From: Eledone cirrhosa
Taxonomy: Eukaryota
DNA: 64,000 nucleotides
Assembly (NCBI GenBank): GCA_964016885.1
Contig: OZ024743.1
Span: forward strand, 202,740,001 to 202,804,000
Reading direction: 5' to 3'
The notes below the pieces were generated by a model. That model was not told where the DNA came from and made no database searches. It saw only the letters and a list, made by a program, of their open reading frames with translations. The position numbers and the translations under genes were made by a program. Each line of letters opens with the position of its first letter. The stretch's first letter is position 1. Positions 1 through 13,499 of the stretch are shown piece by piece.

Positions 1-766
1 ATGTGAAGTGGTCTGGTGGTGCTACCTATGTAGAAATTGTTGCATTTGTCGCACTCTAAACTGTATACGACATAAGCCTGGTGTCATAGGTCTGTGTCGT
101 CGATGGGGCAGTTGGCCAGCGTGCAGGGGCTGTCATGTCTGGTGGAGTGTCTCTTGCTTAGCTGTCCGCGTAGAGAAGATCCTGAGTGGGCTAGCTGGAT
201 ATCTAGTCCCTCTCGTCTGATAGCTCTGCGGATGGCTGTTGTTGATTCATCACTGAAGTGTGGGAGCTTCAGCAAGCAGGTGTTAGTGCCTCAGGTGTGG
301 TGTTATCTGTTGTTTCTGGCACGGTTCGCGGTGGACGTCGGGTATCCGTTCAGTTTAAGTACTTCCAGGAAATCTGTGGTGTGTGTGTCTCGGTCTAAGC
401 GTCGTTGCATTTGTTCCGGATACGTGTTAGTTCGTTCCTTATGTATCCTAACTTAGCGCTGACTGGGAGGGCTGATCTGAAATGTACCAACAGGTCCCTG
501 CTGGCGGCTTTTTTATAGAAGCAGCTGTGAATGTCGCCTTCCTTTGTTACCCTGAGTTGGAAGTCCAATACGCGGCCATCGGGGTGTTCCATGCTCAACT
601 TTATACCGGCGTCCATGCTGGAGAATGTCATGTATATTTTATCTACTTCTTCACGGGATGATGTAAGGATGAGTATGTCATCTACATATCGGGTGAAGAA
701 GGTATAAGAATGGCAGGTGTTGAGGGCTCGGCATTCTAGCTGGTGCATATAAGTGATGGCCAGCAC
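1..766 (-). pseudogene. Inverted copy of the same PLE RT/GIY-YIG segment
   Basis: ORFs 395..766(-) with RYVDD and 84..275(-) mirror 753..1169(+) and 1114..1440(+). Confidence 0.88.
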
Positions 767-1728
767 TTATATGAACCAGCTAGAATGCCGAGCCCTCAGC
801 ACCTGTGATTCCTATATTTTCTTCACCCGATATGTAGATGACATACTCATCCTTACACCATCCCGTGAAGAAGCGGATAAAATATACATGACATTCTCTA
901 ACATGGACGCCAATATAAATGGTAGCATGGAACACCCCGATGACCGCGTATTCCTATTGGACTTCCAGCTCAGGGTAACAGAGGAAGGTGACATCCGAAC
1001 CTGCTTCTATAAAAAAGCCGCAGGCAGGGACCTGTTGGTACATTTCAGATCAACCCTCTCAGTCAGCGCTAAGTTAGGATACATAAGGAACGAACTAACA
1101 CGTATCCGGAAAAATGCAACGACGCTTAGACCGAGACACACACAGCACAGATTTCCTGGAAGTACTTAAACTGAACAGATACCCGACGTCGAACGCGAAC
1201 CGTGATAGAAACAACAGAGGACACCACGCCCAAGGCATTAACACTTGCTTGCTGAAGCTCCCACACTTCAGTGACGAATCAACAACAGCCATCCGCAGAG
1301 CTATCAGAAGAGAGGGACTAGATATCCTGCTAGCCCACTCAGGACCTTCTCTACGCGGACAGCTAACCAAGAGACACTCCACCAGACATGACAGCCGCTG
1401 CACGCTGGCCAACTACCCCATCGACGACACAGACCTATGACACCAGGCTTACGTCGTATACAGATTAGAGTGCGACAAATGCCGCAATTTCTACATAGGT
1501 ACCACCAGACCACTTCACATTAGAATAAAAGAACACCTCAACACTAACGCTTCCTCATTTAAGAAATACCAAGTGAAATGCAAAAACACCGACAAAAACC
1601 TAATAGTTAGGACAGAAGCTAAGGAAATAAACCTCGGCAATCTTAGAATTACAGAAGCACTAATTATAGACAAAATGCAACCACCAATCAATAACATACT
1701 AGTACTTAACACCCAATTTTTAACATGA
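753..1728 (+). pseudogene. PLE RT C-terminal half/thumb plus GIY-YIG endonuclease, frameshifted
   Basis: FTRYVDDIL, LLDFQL, YKKA..DLLVHFRS, then VVYRLECDKCRNFYIGTTRPLHIRIKEH and RITEALII in shifted frames. Confidence 0.88.
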
Positions 1729-2130
1729 TAGAGCACCTAGCCCCACACTTACACTTCCACGTATCCTCTCTCTCACACACACACACACACGCATGCTTTC
1801 CCCTTCACTTATTCTCTCTCACATACCCACATACACACACATAGATCAGGTTTAATATGATAGCGCATCTAGCCCCCACATTTACATATAAACATATCCT
1901 CTCACACTCACTCACACACACGCACACACACATGCCCGCGCGCATGCTTACACCTTCACGTATTCTCCCACACACACTTAGACATACATGTCCAAACCCT
2001 TTTAAAGAGAGACAACCCTTTATCCACCTAACCTTCACTCTTTGACATTAGGAATACAATGAAATTTCTATACTATTTCCTGTCAGCATGACTTGGCAAG
2101 CTAATTACAACACTGGATTAACCCCTTTAC

Positions 2131-2172
2131 TTCCCTCTGAAGAAGAGATATTATCTCGAAACTTAAGGATAT
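2131..2172 (+). ncRNA. Degenerate minimal hammerhead ribozyme (PLE 3' region)
   Basis: CTGAAGA-A-GAGATA/T/TATCTC-GAAA-CTTAAG (palindromic stem III); the UH cleavage dinucleotide is not intact. Confidence 0.55.
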
Positions 2173-2275
2173 TCAAATAAATTTAAGATAAAAGACTAAT
2201 TGTCAGCAATATCTGTTGCATTTGTATTTATATTCTATATCTAAACCTGCATTGTTTTGGCCTTCTAACTCCAAA

Positions 2276-2343
<68 letters not shown>

Positions 2344-2363
2344 TTTATATATATATAAATATT

Positions 2364-2481
<118 letters not shown>

Positions 2482-4474
2482 CATATGAGTCCAAACTGTA
2501 ATATCTTGAATAGAAATTCAATTGTTCGAGCACATAAAATTGTATATTCCTCGTCATGTGAAACCAAAGGTTTAAATTTTGGTGTTTTTGTTGACGCTGG
2601 TATTTTCTATTCTTAAATTGGAATCCTTCGGAGGAAGACATTTCTAGTTGTGATGTAAATGGCATAAGTTTAAAGGGGATGGTGTGTAACGGGTAGGGAA
2701 GAGATAGTAATGGGAACGGTGTGCGTCTACTCGTCCAATTGGTGCCGGAGTAAGGAATGATGATTAAGACGGTGGTAAGAGGAGTGATGGTACGAGAAGG
2801 GAGAAGGAGCGTGAAATAATCTTGTGATAATTATTAAAGTGTTTCTGATTGAATTGGTCGAGGTATTGACAATGGTTGTATGGATACTAGAATTGACGGT
2901 GATACAGTTGTGTGCATATGTGTATATGACAGACTTTTGCCCAGTTTCTCTCTGCGAAATTTGGCTTACACATTTTACTCGATATACTATAGTAGAAAAA
3001 CGTCAAAATTACTACATATTGGTTATGAAGCAAATTACTTATCTACTATTACTACTACTTCCTCTCCTCTATTTCCATTAGTAATATACATTTAGACATT
3101 AACTAGATTTTGCTCATGTATATCCGTTTACTCGATTTCACCAATTTTCCCTGAATAGTCCTGAACTTCTCAATTTTCCAGCAACGATACTTACATTATA
3201 TTGATTTCTCTCTATCCAATCTGTTCACAGTAGATTTGTCTCCTTACCACCTTATTAGTGTCTCAGAAACATTGTTCTTTCAATTTCTATTTCTCTCAAC
3301 CATCCTTCATAAAACTTTCACCCCATTATCTCCATTTCCCCCATTTTCTTCATTCATTACATTCAGTGACATACACGTTGTCATCATAACTATCATCCTT
3401 ATCACTATCATATGACAATGTCAATTTTTCATTATGTTCTTGTTTCATATCTATTTCCCTTCTTTTTTCTCATTATGTACAGAATAGCAATGTAGCGATT
3501 ATTTTCCCCATTTCTCCATACTCCACACCTACACTTAGATTTTCAATCATTTCCAACATCCATTACCCAACATATTATTACATCTAACCATGTCAATCAC
3601 TTTTCATCACATTGTACTGCCTCTTTTCAAAACAACCATCAACCATCACCATTATAATCATGACATATTATCACCTCATACACATTTACACACATCACGT
3701 CAATATATTTCTTCTCCACCGTGAATTTTGTTATTTGCCTTTTCCCTCCAAGCATTGATGAGTTTTCCTCATTAGAGGAGGAAATTATGTTTAATTAAGC
3801 AATGAAATAGAAACATACTTGTGGTTTGCCTATTTTACATTATAGATTAGATTCGCAATAATGATTTCATCGATTATGGGGAATGATTGTAATTTTTTAG
3901 TGAGATGTAATTTTATATTTCAAAGCCTAGTCTGTTTGAATATAAGGGTATATTAGGTACACAAATAGCCACACATAAATTAAAAACACGTATATTCGAA
4001 AAAAAAATGTATCACTTATTGAATTTACTGCTATATACTTTAGACGAAGATGTTATAACGTCGGAATGTATGTTCCATGAAACTGGGGGCTGAGTTCAAA
4101 TTCAACAGAGGACAGCGTACCTGAATGGGTTAAATAATACATATACACAGGTGAAAGTGAATCGTTCCGGTATATATAGATATAATATTGAAAACGAAGT
4201 ATCAGTGATGCATCGGAACATAATTTATTAACGTATTACTCGGCCAACAGCTCGAGATGCGATTTATTTGTGGGTGAGCCTGACTCTGGATTCGCAAGTT
4301 CCTCAGATACGTCTAGTGACTTCGAAGCAAATCCTCTGTCTGTTGGACTCCGACCCTTAGAATTTCTATCATCTGCCCTCCTCCTGTTTGTGCGGCTCGT
4401 CGATTGGTCAAGAGTTCGAGACGTTATCTGTATGTTTGACCATTCAAAGCTGCTCACTGACCATTTCCATTATT

Positions 4475-4524
<50 letters not shown>

Positions 4525-4526
<2 letters not shown>

Positions 4527-4731
4527 CGAAGGAGTTGGGGTAAGGAACCAGATGGACCATAACGCACCAGAGTACTCAATACTTAGGGTAGTAGAGTGGG
4601 TAATAGGAAAATGTATGACCCCAGAGCGCAAGTCGTTTCGACGGCTATTTCTGGACTAAAGTCTGGAATTTAGTCCAGAAATAGCCGTCGAAACGGCTTG
4701 AGCTCTGGCGTCGGGGTCATACATTTCCTAT
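4525..4731. mobile_element. Short foldback element in (TA)n, probably a PLE 3'-end pair; same family as 39601-39792
   Basis: Inverted arms meet at CTGGACTAAA-gtctggaa-TTTAGTCCAG; the left arm has an extra ~80 nt. Homologous copy at 39601-39792 and a diverged relative at 45381-45510. Confidence 0.6.
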
Positions 4732-4734
4732 ATA

Positions 4735-4776
<42 letters not shown>

Positions 4777-4886
4777 TATACATGTACACACACACTAATA
4801 CACACACACTCTCACACACAAACACTCACTCACACACACACACTCTCACACACTCACTCACATGCACGCTCACACACACGCACACG

Positions 4887-4933
<47 letters not shown>

Positions 4934-6697
4934 TCGCATGTATCTATATATACATGGATTTGTATGTGTATGTGTGCCTCTCTGCCCTCATGCCATATGC
5001 ATATTTAACTTATAGATACCCGTGCGCTCATATTTATGTAGTGAGCCGAATATAAATATTAATGAATTGGAATTGTACCCATAATGAAATGAAAAGTCAT
5101 TAGCATTTATAGTAATTCACAATCAAGTGATACAACTCTGAAATGTTAAACTGCTTGAATGGACACTGCAGAAAGGATTAAATGTAATTACTGTTAGATA
5201 TTATTAAAATTCTGCTTTTAATTATTATTAAATTCTGTTGTGTTCTCGATGAAGAAGGAAGCCATTTAATATATCAATTGCATTTTATGTCTTTTCCCGA
5301 AACATCGCTCTTTCGGTTAATGACATTTCGTCTCATTATGGGTTCGCGTCTAATTGGCATATGTTTTGTTTTTTATCCCATTACATGGAGAATATTAGCA
5401 CACTGAAATACATACGTTCTTCGTATGGTAGGCGTCCAGTTGTAAGAATGTGTGAATATTTGCATCACATACTTCACACGTGTTTAATATTAAGGGTGTG
5501 ATTTTACCATATTTTTTATGGTTTATAATTTTGTGTATTTGTTGTGTTTTACTGTAAATTTGAATTGACAAGGAAAACAAAATATCCAGCAAGTTATTTA
5601 ATATTTAAATGTACTTTACTTAAATGAGCAGGAAAATACTGTGATACGATGGTAACATAACACGGAAAGATAGTATGTAATGTCACCAAACACCATAAAG
5701 ATTGTACATCTTTAGACTTTCATGATGTCCTAACGTAAATTTAGTCTCACCATTCTCTTCTCTCAGATCAAATACAACTACTAGCATTACATATTTTCCT
5801 AAACACCAGATAAAAATTGGACAAATCATATACTAGAATCAATACCAACTTAGATACCAACCTATTCAAAATTGACTCTGCTTCTACGAAACAACAAAAC
5901 TTCCAATTTTAAGGGCCCCACCTTAAATCTAAGTATTCGAACACTATTTTACATCAGAAAAATTTGTTAAATTATTTTAAAAATATTATGCTTATAATGA
6001 AATAATCAATTTAGTAAATCGCTATAAATTCGTCATTAGTAAATTGCAATAGAATATATTTAATTGGAAATACGGTAAAAGCTGAGTTAAACACAATACA
6101 GCCCTCCTGTACTGTCTTTGTAAATGTTTGAGAAACGGGGGAGCACAATTAACCGAAATATTCACTGAAATAAAATGAGACTTTTTCATCTCATTTTTTA
6201 TTACTTTTTATTATTTAATCGCGTATTTGTTTGAGTAAATTAACGCAATTGCTTATGTTTCTGCTGCTTAGTTGTATCCAGCATGAGGAATAACCTCTAT
6301 TTATTCAGGAGTATGGGGGCGGAATAATTGATTATTCCGACGGCAAAAACGAACAGGTACTTCTTTAATCCTCCCCGGATATGATGTGATATATTCAGAC
6401 TCACTTTACTGCTACTTTATACAAAACTTTGTTCTTGAGTCTGATTAAGAATTCAATAACGTCTTAACAATACAAGAATTTCGCTGGAGGGCAAAGTTAG
6501 AAAATCATTTCTCAGTTTTGTAATTGTTAGTGGCATTAAATTAAGATTGACTTTCTTCAATGAACGCATTATCAACACGTTCTTATGGCTAAAGTTGTGT
6601 AAAAGCTGAAGGCTGTGGTACAATTATACGGAGGGTGTGCTGTGTCTGGTAAACATAAATAGCTTTATTATTATTACTAGCTTTATTATTATTACTA

Positions 6698-7086
6698 GCA
6701 ACGGTGGATTGGCAGTATTGCTAAAGGGTCGGACGCCATGCTTTGACGCATAGAGTTACGGCCCTTGCCATTCTGAGTTCAAATCCCGCCGAGGTTAACT
6801 TTGCCTTTCACCCTTTCATACTTACGGGGTCGATAAAATAAAGTACCAGTAATGCATTGGGTATTTGCTGGCCTTGTGCCAAACGTAGAAACAATTATCG
6901 GGGCGGTGGATTGGCAGTATCAGTAGAGGGTCGGACGCCATGCTTTGACGATCCTTGCCATTCTGAGTTCAAATCCCGCCGGGGTTAACTTTGCCTTTCA
7001 TCCTTGCGGGGTCGATAAAATAAAGTACCAGTAATGGACTGTGTAATTGCGAGCCTTGTGCCAAAAGTAGAAACAATTATTATTAC
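6698..7086 (+). mobile_element. Two tandem copies of a tRNA-derived SINE
   Basis: A-box-like TGGCAGTAT, B-box GAGTTCAAATCC, core GCCTTTCATCCTT.CGGGGTCGATAAAATAAAGTACCAG (Nin-domain-like), (ATT)n tail. Confidence 0.85.
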
Positions 7087-7460
7087 TAGCAGAAAAACCA
7101 TCCTTCGTGTGGTTTTCTGCTAGCATGTGCAGTGTGTATATTGATATTATACGCAAGTATATATACTTGTAGATATGATACATCAAATAAAATCGTAATT
7201 GACAATATACACAGAAATTGAACGAAGTCTATGTTACACTGTCTTCTGTAATCAGTAACGTAATCCATGATACATTATAAAAAAGACGATATTATATATA
7301 AACTGCATTAGGAGAAAATTAGCGACGGAAATATATGCGATTATAAGTGTTGTGTTACAATATAAAGGTCGCTAACCGGAAGTGTTGACATTTGAACATT
7401 TTAAAGAAGTGAATTTTAAAGGTCTTTAAATAAGCTATAAGATATATTTAATCAACAACC
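7087..7460 (-). mobile_element. Non-autonomous Helitron-like repeat (homolog of 57784-58235)
   Basis: Colinear similarity to 57784-58235 in the opposite orientation; ends in hairpin plus CTAG|T. Confidence 0.5.
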
Positions 7461-7597
7461 AGGAAATTTAGCACATAAATTATGTTATATTTATTCATTA
7501 TTTATTCAAAGTAATCCAACTTAATTTACAAACTGGGTAAAAAAATATATTCTGGACGCAATCCCGCACACCTTTCTTTATTATAGTTAACATGATA

Positions 7598-7771
7598 GGG
7601 CGGCGGATTGGCAGTATTGGTACAGGTTGTGAGGCCATGGTTTGCAGTATAGAGTTACAGCCCTTTACGGTATGAGTTCAAATGCCACCGAGGTTAACTT
7701 TGCCTTTCATCCTTACGGGGTTCGATAAAATAAAGTACTTGTAATGCACTGGTATAATTGCTGGCCTCGTG
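7598..7771 (+). mobile_element. SINE copy lacking its tail, abutting the LINE 5' end
   Basis: GGGCGGCGGATTGGCAG...GAGTTCAAAT...GCCTTTCATCCTTACGGGG. Confidence 0.8.
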
Positions 7772-7877
7772 AAGGGGAAAGTATAATACTTTGCCCTGTG
7801 AAGGGGAAAGTATAATACTTGGGCCTTTTGGCCCAAATATTTAAACGTTTTACTTTTAAATTTTTTTTAAAGAAAAC

Positions 7878-9700
7878 ATGGCTGAGCAATATGTTTCCTG
7901 TCGTGTGATAACGGCGTAAAAGTTGAGTAGAGGGTTACAGAAATTGATACAACAAACACCACCACAACAACGTAAACAAATACAACACAGAACACTAATT
8001 TTAAAAAAAATTACCACACCAACTACAACAATAACAGCGACAACCAAAATACAGACAACAGAAAAAAATGACAACAAATTCAACAACGATATTAACATCA
8101 CTAAAAAGAAAATAAACAACAACAACACCAACAGCAACAATAATAATTGCACCGAAAACAACAACAATGGTGGCACCAAAAACACAACCAACTATAACAA
8201 TGATAACAGCAACAACAGCAACAACACCGTTTGTAGCAGTAGCAACAGCAACAGTACCAACAACAAGACCAGTAGCAGCAGTAGCGGCAGCAATAATGGT
8301 GGAGCTGAAAGAGGGGCCACTTCCTTCACAGGTGTGGCCCGAAATATAGAGACAGTGCTAGTCACGGTGGAGGAGATAGCAGTCGCAAGAGCCATGCTGA
8401 CAAGAAATGACAATAGAGTTTCCTTGAAACCTCCACTCGATTTCTTCAAAGACCAGCAGCTGCGCACGGTGACGTGCCGCACCGTAAGTAAAATGTCACA
8501 TCGGCTAGAGAGAGCCACGGAGGCTCAAATCCAAAACATCTTGGTGTGCCTCTAGGCGCACAAAACCAACATCACCCGAGGCAAAAGGTACACCACTATA
8601 GACATACTTTTCGGCACACACACACACACCAAGAGACGCAGTCTCACTCTTTGGAAACCCTAAAGAGTGAGGAGATAGTCTTGGTGCCCACCTACTCCGG
8701 ACAGAAAATTGTGAGGGTCAGAGTGACCCAGGTCCCGCCGACATGCACATACCTTGGCTGGCGGCGTCTGTACTTGCTGGAATCGAGGACAGGACCACCA
8801 TACTTCAAATACAGAGAATGGGAAGAGAGAAGTGGTCAGTTATAGGCATGCAATTGCTAATACAGGCTGAACACGAGTGCATCGAGGCAATCACAGATAT
8901 GATAGACCTCGATGAAACTCTCCAACTCCCTATAAGCGTGGAAGGAAGGCGCCCAAAGTGCTATCTCTGTTGGCAAAAGGGTCACCTCAGGGCCTTCTGC
9001 CCGCAGAAAAGAATCAAGAGAGGACCCTCTCCTTCCGATGCCTGATTCGCTGCTACCAAGAGCAGGGCAGACAACAGAGGCAGAAGACCCTTCCATGGTG
9101 AGTATGAGGGCAACGTCCGTGGCACCCATACCAAAGCCACGGACAACTAAAACAGCGGCAGCAGTGGCGGCAACACCAACAGTCGAAGTAGCTACATGGA
9201 GCTCATACCCATTCCAGATGCCACGCAATCCTATATGGAGTGTGAGACGGGAGTGAAGTGGCAAGAGGTCTGCCACAAAAAAACAAAAGGGGAAGCACCA
9301 CTTAGCTTCTCCCTCCAAAAGCGAAGAGAAACAAAGAAGGATAAAGACTGCAAGGAGACTTGCAGCAATACCACCACCATCATTACCACAAGCATCACCA
9401 CCAACAACAACCACACCACCTCCAGCATCAACAAAAACACTAGCATCACAAACACAACAAAGCACACACCCAACAGCAACACAAGAAAACAGCAACAAAT
9501 CCACCCCTCCCCCAAAAAAGTACACAGCCATAAACATTGCACACCAAGGACTAATGAAACATATAAACCAACACACAGTCATTATAGACTCAAATTGCCA
9601 CACCCCACCAATAAGAACACTACCAAAAAACATTAACATAGTGGAAATTGAATTTGAAAACTACAAACATTAAAAAAAGAATTCCCTTAATGCGTTTGGG
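7878..9700 (+). pseudogene. LINE ORF1 (gag-like, zinc knuckle), frameshifted
   Basis: Low-complexity N/T/S regions and VEGRRPKCYLCWQKGHLRAFC (CX2CX4HX4C) in 8743..9045. Confidence 0.8.
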
Positions 9701-9845
9701 ATTTCAAGAGGTCACTCTCCAAGCGAATCTATAAAGGTATCGTCCTGGAGACAGCCATGACCCGCCGAAGGGACGGTTCTACTGTCCTTTCCCCACACGA
9801 TCAAGGTAAGTGATCCTTTCTCACTTACCCCGTTCCTCATCCAAC

Positions 9846-12800
9846 ATGGCCGTACTTAGAATAGGCAGTATAAATGTGCGTGGCATGGGGTCACCTGCTG
9901 AACGACCTCAGGTCACTAAATATAGATGTGGTGGCCATCAGCGAGACCAGAATCTCCGAAGCACGAGCCTTCGCACCGATCTTCGGCGGCTACAATGTAT
10001 ACGCATCTCCCAGCCGTTCAGGATCGGGGGGATGAGTCCCTGTGATTTTTCGGAGAGGCTTGGATCTCGCCATTCGGTCCATCTTCCTGTACACAGAAGT
10101 TAAGACGGTGGTGCTGGAACTGACCGGTAGCGAAGGCAAGCTTTTAGGCTAGTACTCGTCTATGCCCCAACAGGGACAGAACGGCCATATTTCTTCAGAT
10201 GTCTAGAGACCTTTCTTGTAACGTCCCGCTTTTTAGTGCTAGTGGGCGACTGGAACGGTATCTTAGATGCACGCTGGGATTATTTGGAGCTAGTAGATAG
10301 GGCAGTGGGGTGTAAAAGCCTCAACAACCTGCTCAGAGGTTTTGAACAGGTATATACTGGATTATCCGAATGTGCCAATGTGGACATGGGCAAACCACAT
10401 CGCGTCATCCAGATCGTATTTAGATAGGGAATTCTGTAGGGAAACAGATAAGGCTAGTGTAGGCTGTCCACATTTTAAAGTAGTCGAATACACGGACCAC
10501 AAATTGGTGATCTGTGAAGTTGCCATAGATAGACTTCATAGGCAAGGGCCCGGTTACTGGAAGCTGAACCCGTCGTCCCGGCGCTCAAAGCTGACAGAGA
10601 CCGGATTAGCGAATTAGTTAAGCGTGCGTTGACGGGTGCGATCGTCAACAACAGGTGGTGGTTTACCTGAAAAGGGCTATTAGAGTAGAATCAATATGGT
10701 TTAGCAAAGGATTAGTGATAGAAGAAAATAGAGTAGAGGGAGAGTTAGTTAGAATGATAGAAGAAGCGTTTAAGACAGGCATGACAACCGTCGTGCTTGC
10801 AGCGAGATTGGCACTCGACCACTTCTTCAACGCAAAGCATGAAGGCTGCGTTGTCATAGCTAGAGCGCGTTCTCTAATACATGAGGGGACGAAAGCCGTT
10901 CAATGGGCCCCGGTGGTGGAGACGCGACGTGCCAACATCCACAATTCGGTATTTTCCTGATCAAAACAGGCGCATGTTACTCGAACCCAAGCAGATGTGG
11001 GCGGCTTTTCAACAGCACTTTGCTCAATTGTTCGGGAGCGGCAGCGGCCCGGTCGGAGTATGAACTTCGGTGCATACCTCGACGGAAAGCCGATAACAGC
11101 AGGTGAAATACGGGAAGCCATGTCTGACTGCACGAGGGGTAAATCGCCAGTTTTGGATGGTCTGCCCTACGAGCTTTATGCGTATATGCCAGACTTGTTC
11201 GGCGACCTATTGGCAGATCTCTACTGCAACTGGCAGCAGAACGGGAGCAATCCCAGTTTTGTGAGCCGGGGAGTGGTGGCGCTGCTGAGAAAAGTCCCGG
11301 ACAAGAGGGACGATATAGACAACTTCAGGCCCATAACTCTGCTAAACGCAGAGTTTAAGATTTTGGCCAAGGTGTTAGCAAAGAGATTGGCGCTTGTCGT
11401 CGGTGATCTGCTGTGAGAGGCGCAGACATGCGCCATTCCGGACAGATCCATCCACGACAACCTCCATCTCATACGATACATCATAGAGAGGGTGGTTAAG
11501 GAACCTGGCATGGGTGGGGCCCTGATCAGCTTGGATCAATCTAAAACATTCGATAGGGTCGACCATCGGTACCTGGCTGCAGTCCACGAGGCGGCCAGCT
11601 TCGGGCCCGTTTCTAGGGGCTGGATCGCTGCGATGCACAGCGACATCTGCTTGGTTGTGAGGGTGAATGGTCACTTGTCCCAGCCTTTCAGCATCATGCG
11701 CTCTTGTACTACTGGCCCTCGAGCCGTTACTGCACAAATTGGAGACGATGAGGGCGGTCCCACCCGAACTGGGATGCGGGAGATCCGTGTCAGCTTACGC
11801 CGACGACGTCATCGTGGTGGTGTCCAGCACCAAACACATCCAGATGCTCGACACCGCTTTCAAGTAATACGAAGCGGTGACAGAGCAAAGATAAACCAGG
11901 AAAGATTACTGGGCTTGCGGCTCGGCACCTAGAGAGGCAAGTCCGTGCCGTAGGACAGCGTCGGAGGGGGGGGGGGGGGCGCTGAACAGAAGGACCGGTT
12001 AAATTGCTCGGCGTTTGGTTCGGTCCGGACCTCCAGATGGAGAAAAACTGGAGCGAGGTGACGAGCAGGGTGGCTTCTCTCACCCAGAAATGGGCCGAGA
12101 GGAGGCTGTCTCTGAAAGGTCTGGCGGAGGTGGCGAATGCGTACATAGCATCCGTCATCTGCTACCGCCTCACCGTCGTACCTTGCCTCCGCCCAACTCT
12201 GACCAAAATGGAGCGCCTTCCCTTCCACGTTTTGTGGAAGGGACGTGCTCCCATGGTCAGACGATCCATTTGCTGTCAACACCCGTTGCGTGGAGGACTA
12301 GGCATGCCATGGCTGATGATGCGCAAACATGCGCTGAGGCTGCGATCTCTCTGGTGCTTCCTTGGCGGTGAACAGTTGTGGTCGCCGCTTGCCAGACGCG
12401 CTTTTCCCCAGCTCGTCTCCTTGACGGAGCTGCTGTCCTAAGTCAGCAAAAGACCGAGGGATAGCGCTTGGAAGCAGGAATGTCTCCAGGCGCTCACCGC
12501 TCTCTACCAGCTGGGCAGTTGTATCGGTGGAACATCCACCTCGGCGTTATATAGAGGGCTAGTGGAGGGAAAGAGCGACGACATTCTCGGGGAAACCCTG
12601 GGCGTCGAAGACGATCAGCTGTTCGCTCTCTTCCGCAGAACATTCAGCCCAGGGCATATGGATAACTTCCAGAAATCCCTGGCCTGGCAGTGCTACCTCG
12701 AAACTTTGCCGGTTCGAGATAAGCTCTACCGTCAGGGAAGTGCCGTCAGCCGAACCTGTCCGAGATGCACGCAGAGCAACGAAACCGTTGTGCACGCACT

Positions 12801-13170
12801 CATTCAGTGCCCGAGCATTGCTGACTTGTGGAGGTATGTCGAACAGTTGCTGTTGATTGTAGGACCGATCCGGTTATCGACTGAGTCTATTGTGCAGATG
12901 GTCTCGCAGTCTTCCTTCGAAGAGGAAGGCCGGGCGGTTTTCATCTGCCTGGTGGCCATGGCGAAATATATTGTGTTTATAAGGTTGAAAAGGTTAAAGA
13001 CAGACACTTTCCTCTTCGGTCAATCTCTGATTAACTTTTTCAAGTTTCACTTGAAGGGGAACGTCAGGCTGGAAAGGCAAGTGCTGTCATCTAGCAAGTT
13101 TGTTGAAAGGTGGGTGAATGTAGCGAGAATGGTCCGAGTGAACGGGACCGTTCTGAATATACGCTTGTAG
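9846..13170 (+). pseudogene. LINE ORF2 (apurinic endonuclease plus reverse transcriptase), multiple frameshifts and stops
   Basis: GSINVRG, LVGDWN, SYLDR, TDHKLV, GPGYWKLN; KSPVLDGLP, FRPITLLNAEFKILAK, LDQSKTFDRV, SAYADD; CPRCTQSNETVVHALIQC. The QG-motif segment appears deleted near 11700. Confidence 0.92.
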
Positions 13171-13499
13171 TTTGAGGAATGGAAAAAAATTGAGAGTGGG
13201 CGCTTGCCCTGGTGGTCAGGGTGACCGTGGTCTTTTGTGTGGTTTTCGCCACGAGTAACCCTCGGAGGTTTCCCCTCTATTGGGGAATCTTTCATTGTTT
13301 GAATTTTCATTTTTATTGTTATATATATATATATGTTTCTATGTTCTTTTTCTTTTTCGTTTCTTATATAAATAATAAAAATCTTTACACGCACAAAACC
13401 CACATCGAACCGTCCTGTACCTTTCTGTGCCGCCTGTAATGTTTTTATTGATGTCAGCCCTTGTGGCCAATAAAGAAATCATTATTATTATTATTATTA

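Larger units (their letters stand above)
1..2278. mobile_element. Palindromic (head-to-head) Penelope-like retroelement, 5'-truncated; left arm runs off the window
   Basis: 1-759 is the diverged reverse complement of 760-~1515, with the axis in TGG|CCA at 759/760. The right arm continues through GIY-YIG, 3'UTR and an HHR-like motif to a (TA)n tract. Confidence 0.9.
7772..13499 (+). mobile_element. Near full-length, decayed Tx1/L1-clade non-LTR retrotransposon
   Basis: ORF1 with CCHC knuckle, ORF2 with APE, RT and C-terminal Zn motif, 3'UTR ending AATAAAgaaatc(ATT)n. The 5' boundary is approximate. Confidence 0.9.

Noticed and set aside
1-1515. A>G editing between the arms of the first palindrome
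   Set aside because: Differences in the compared segment are mixed types with no strand bias.
6770-6790. tRNA gene suggested by GTTCAAATCC
   Set aside because: It is the B box within SINE heads; no cloverleaf.
8857-9639. 260-aa minus-strand ORF
   Set aside because: Antisense shadow of the A/C-rich LINE ORF1 region.
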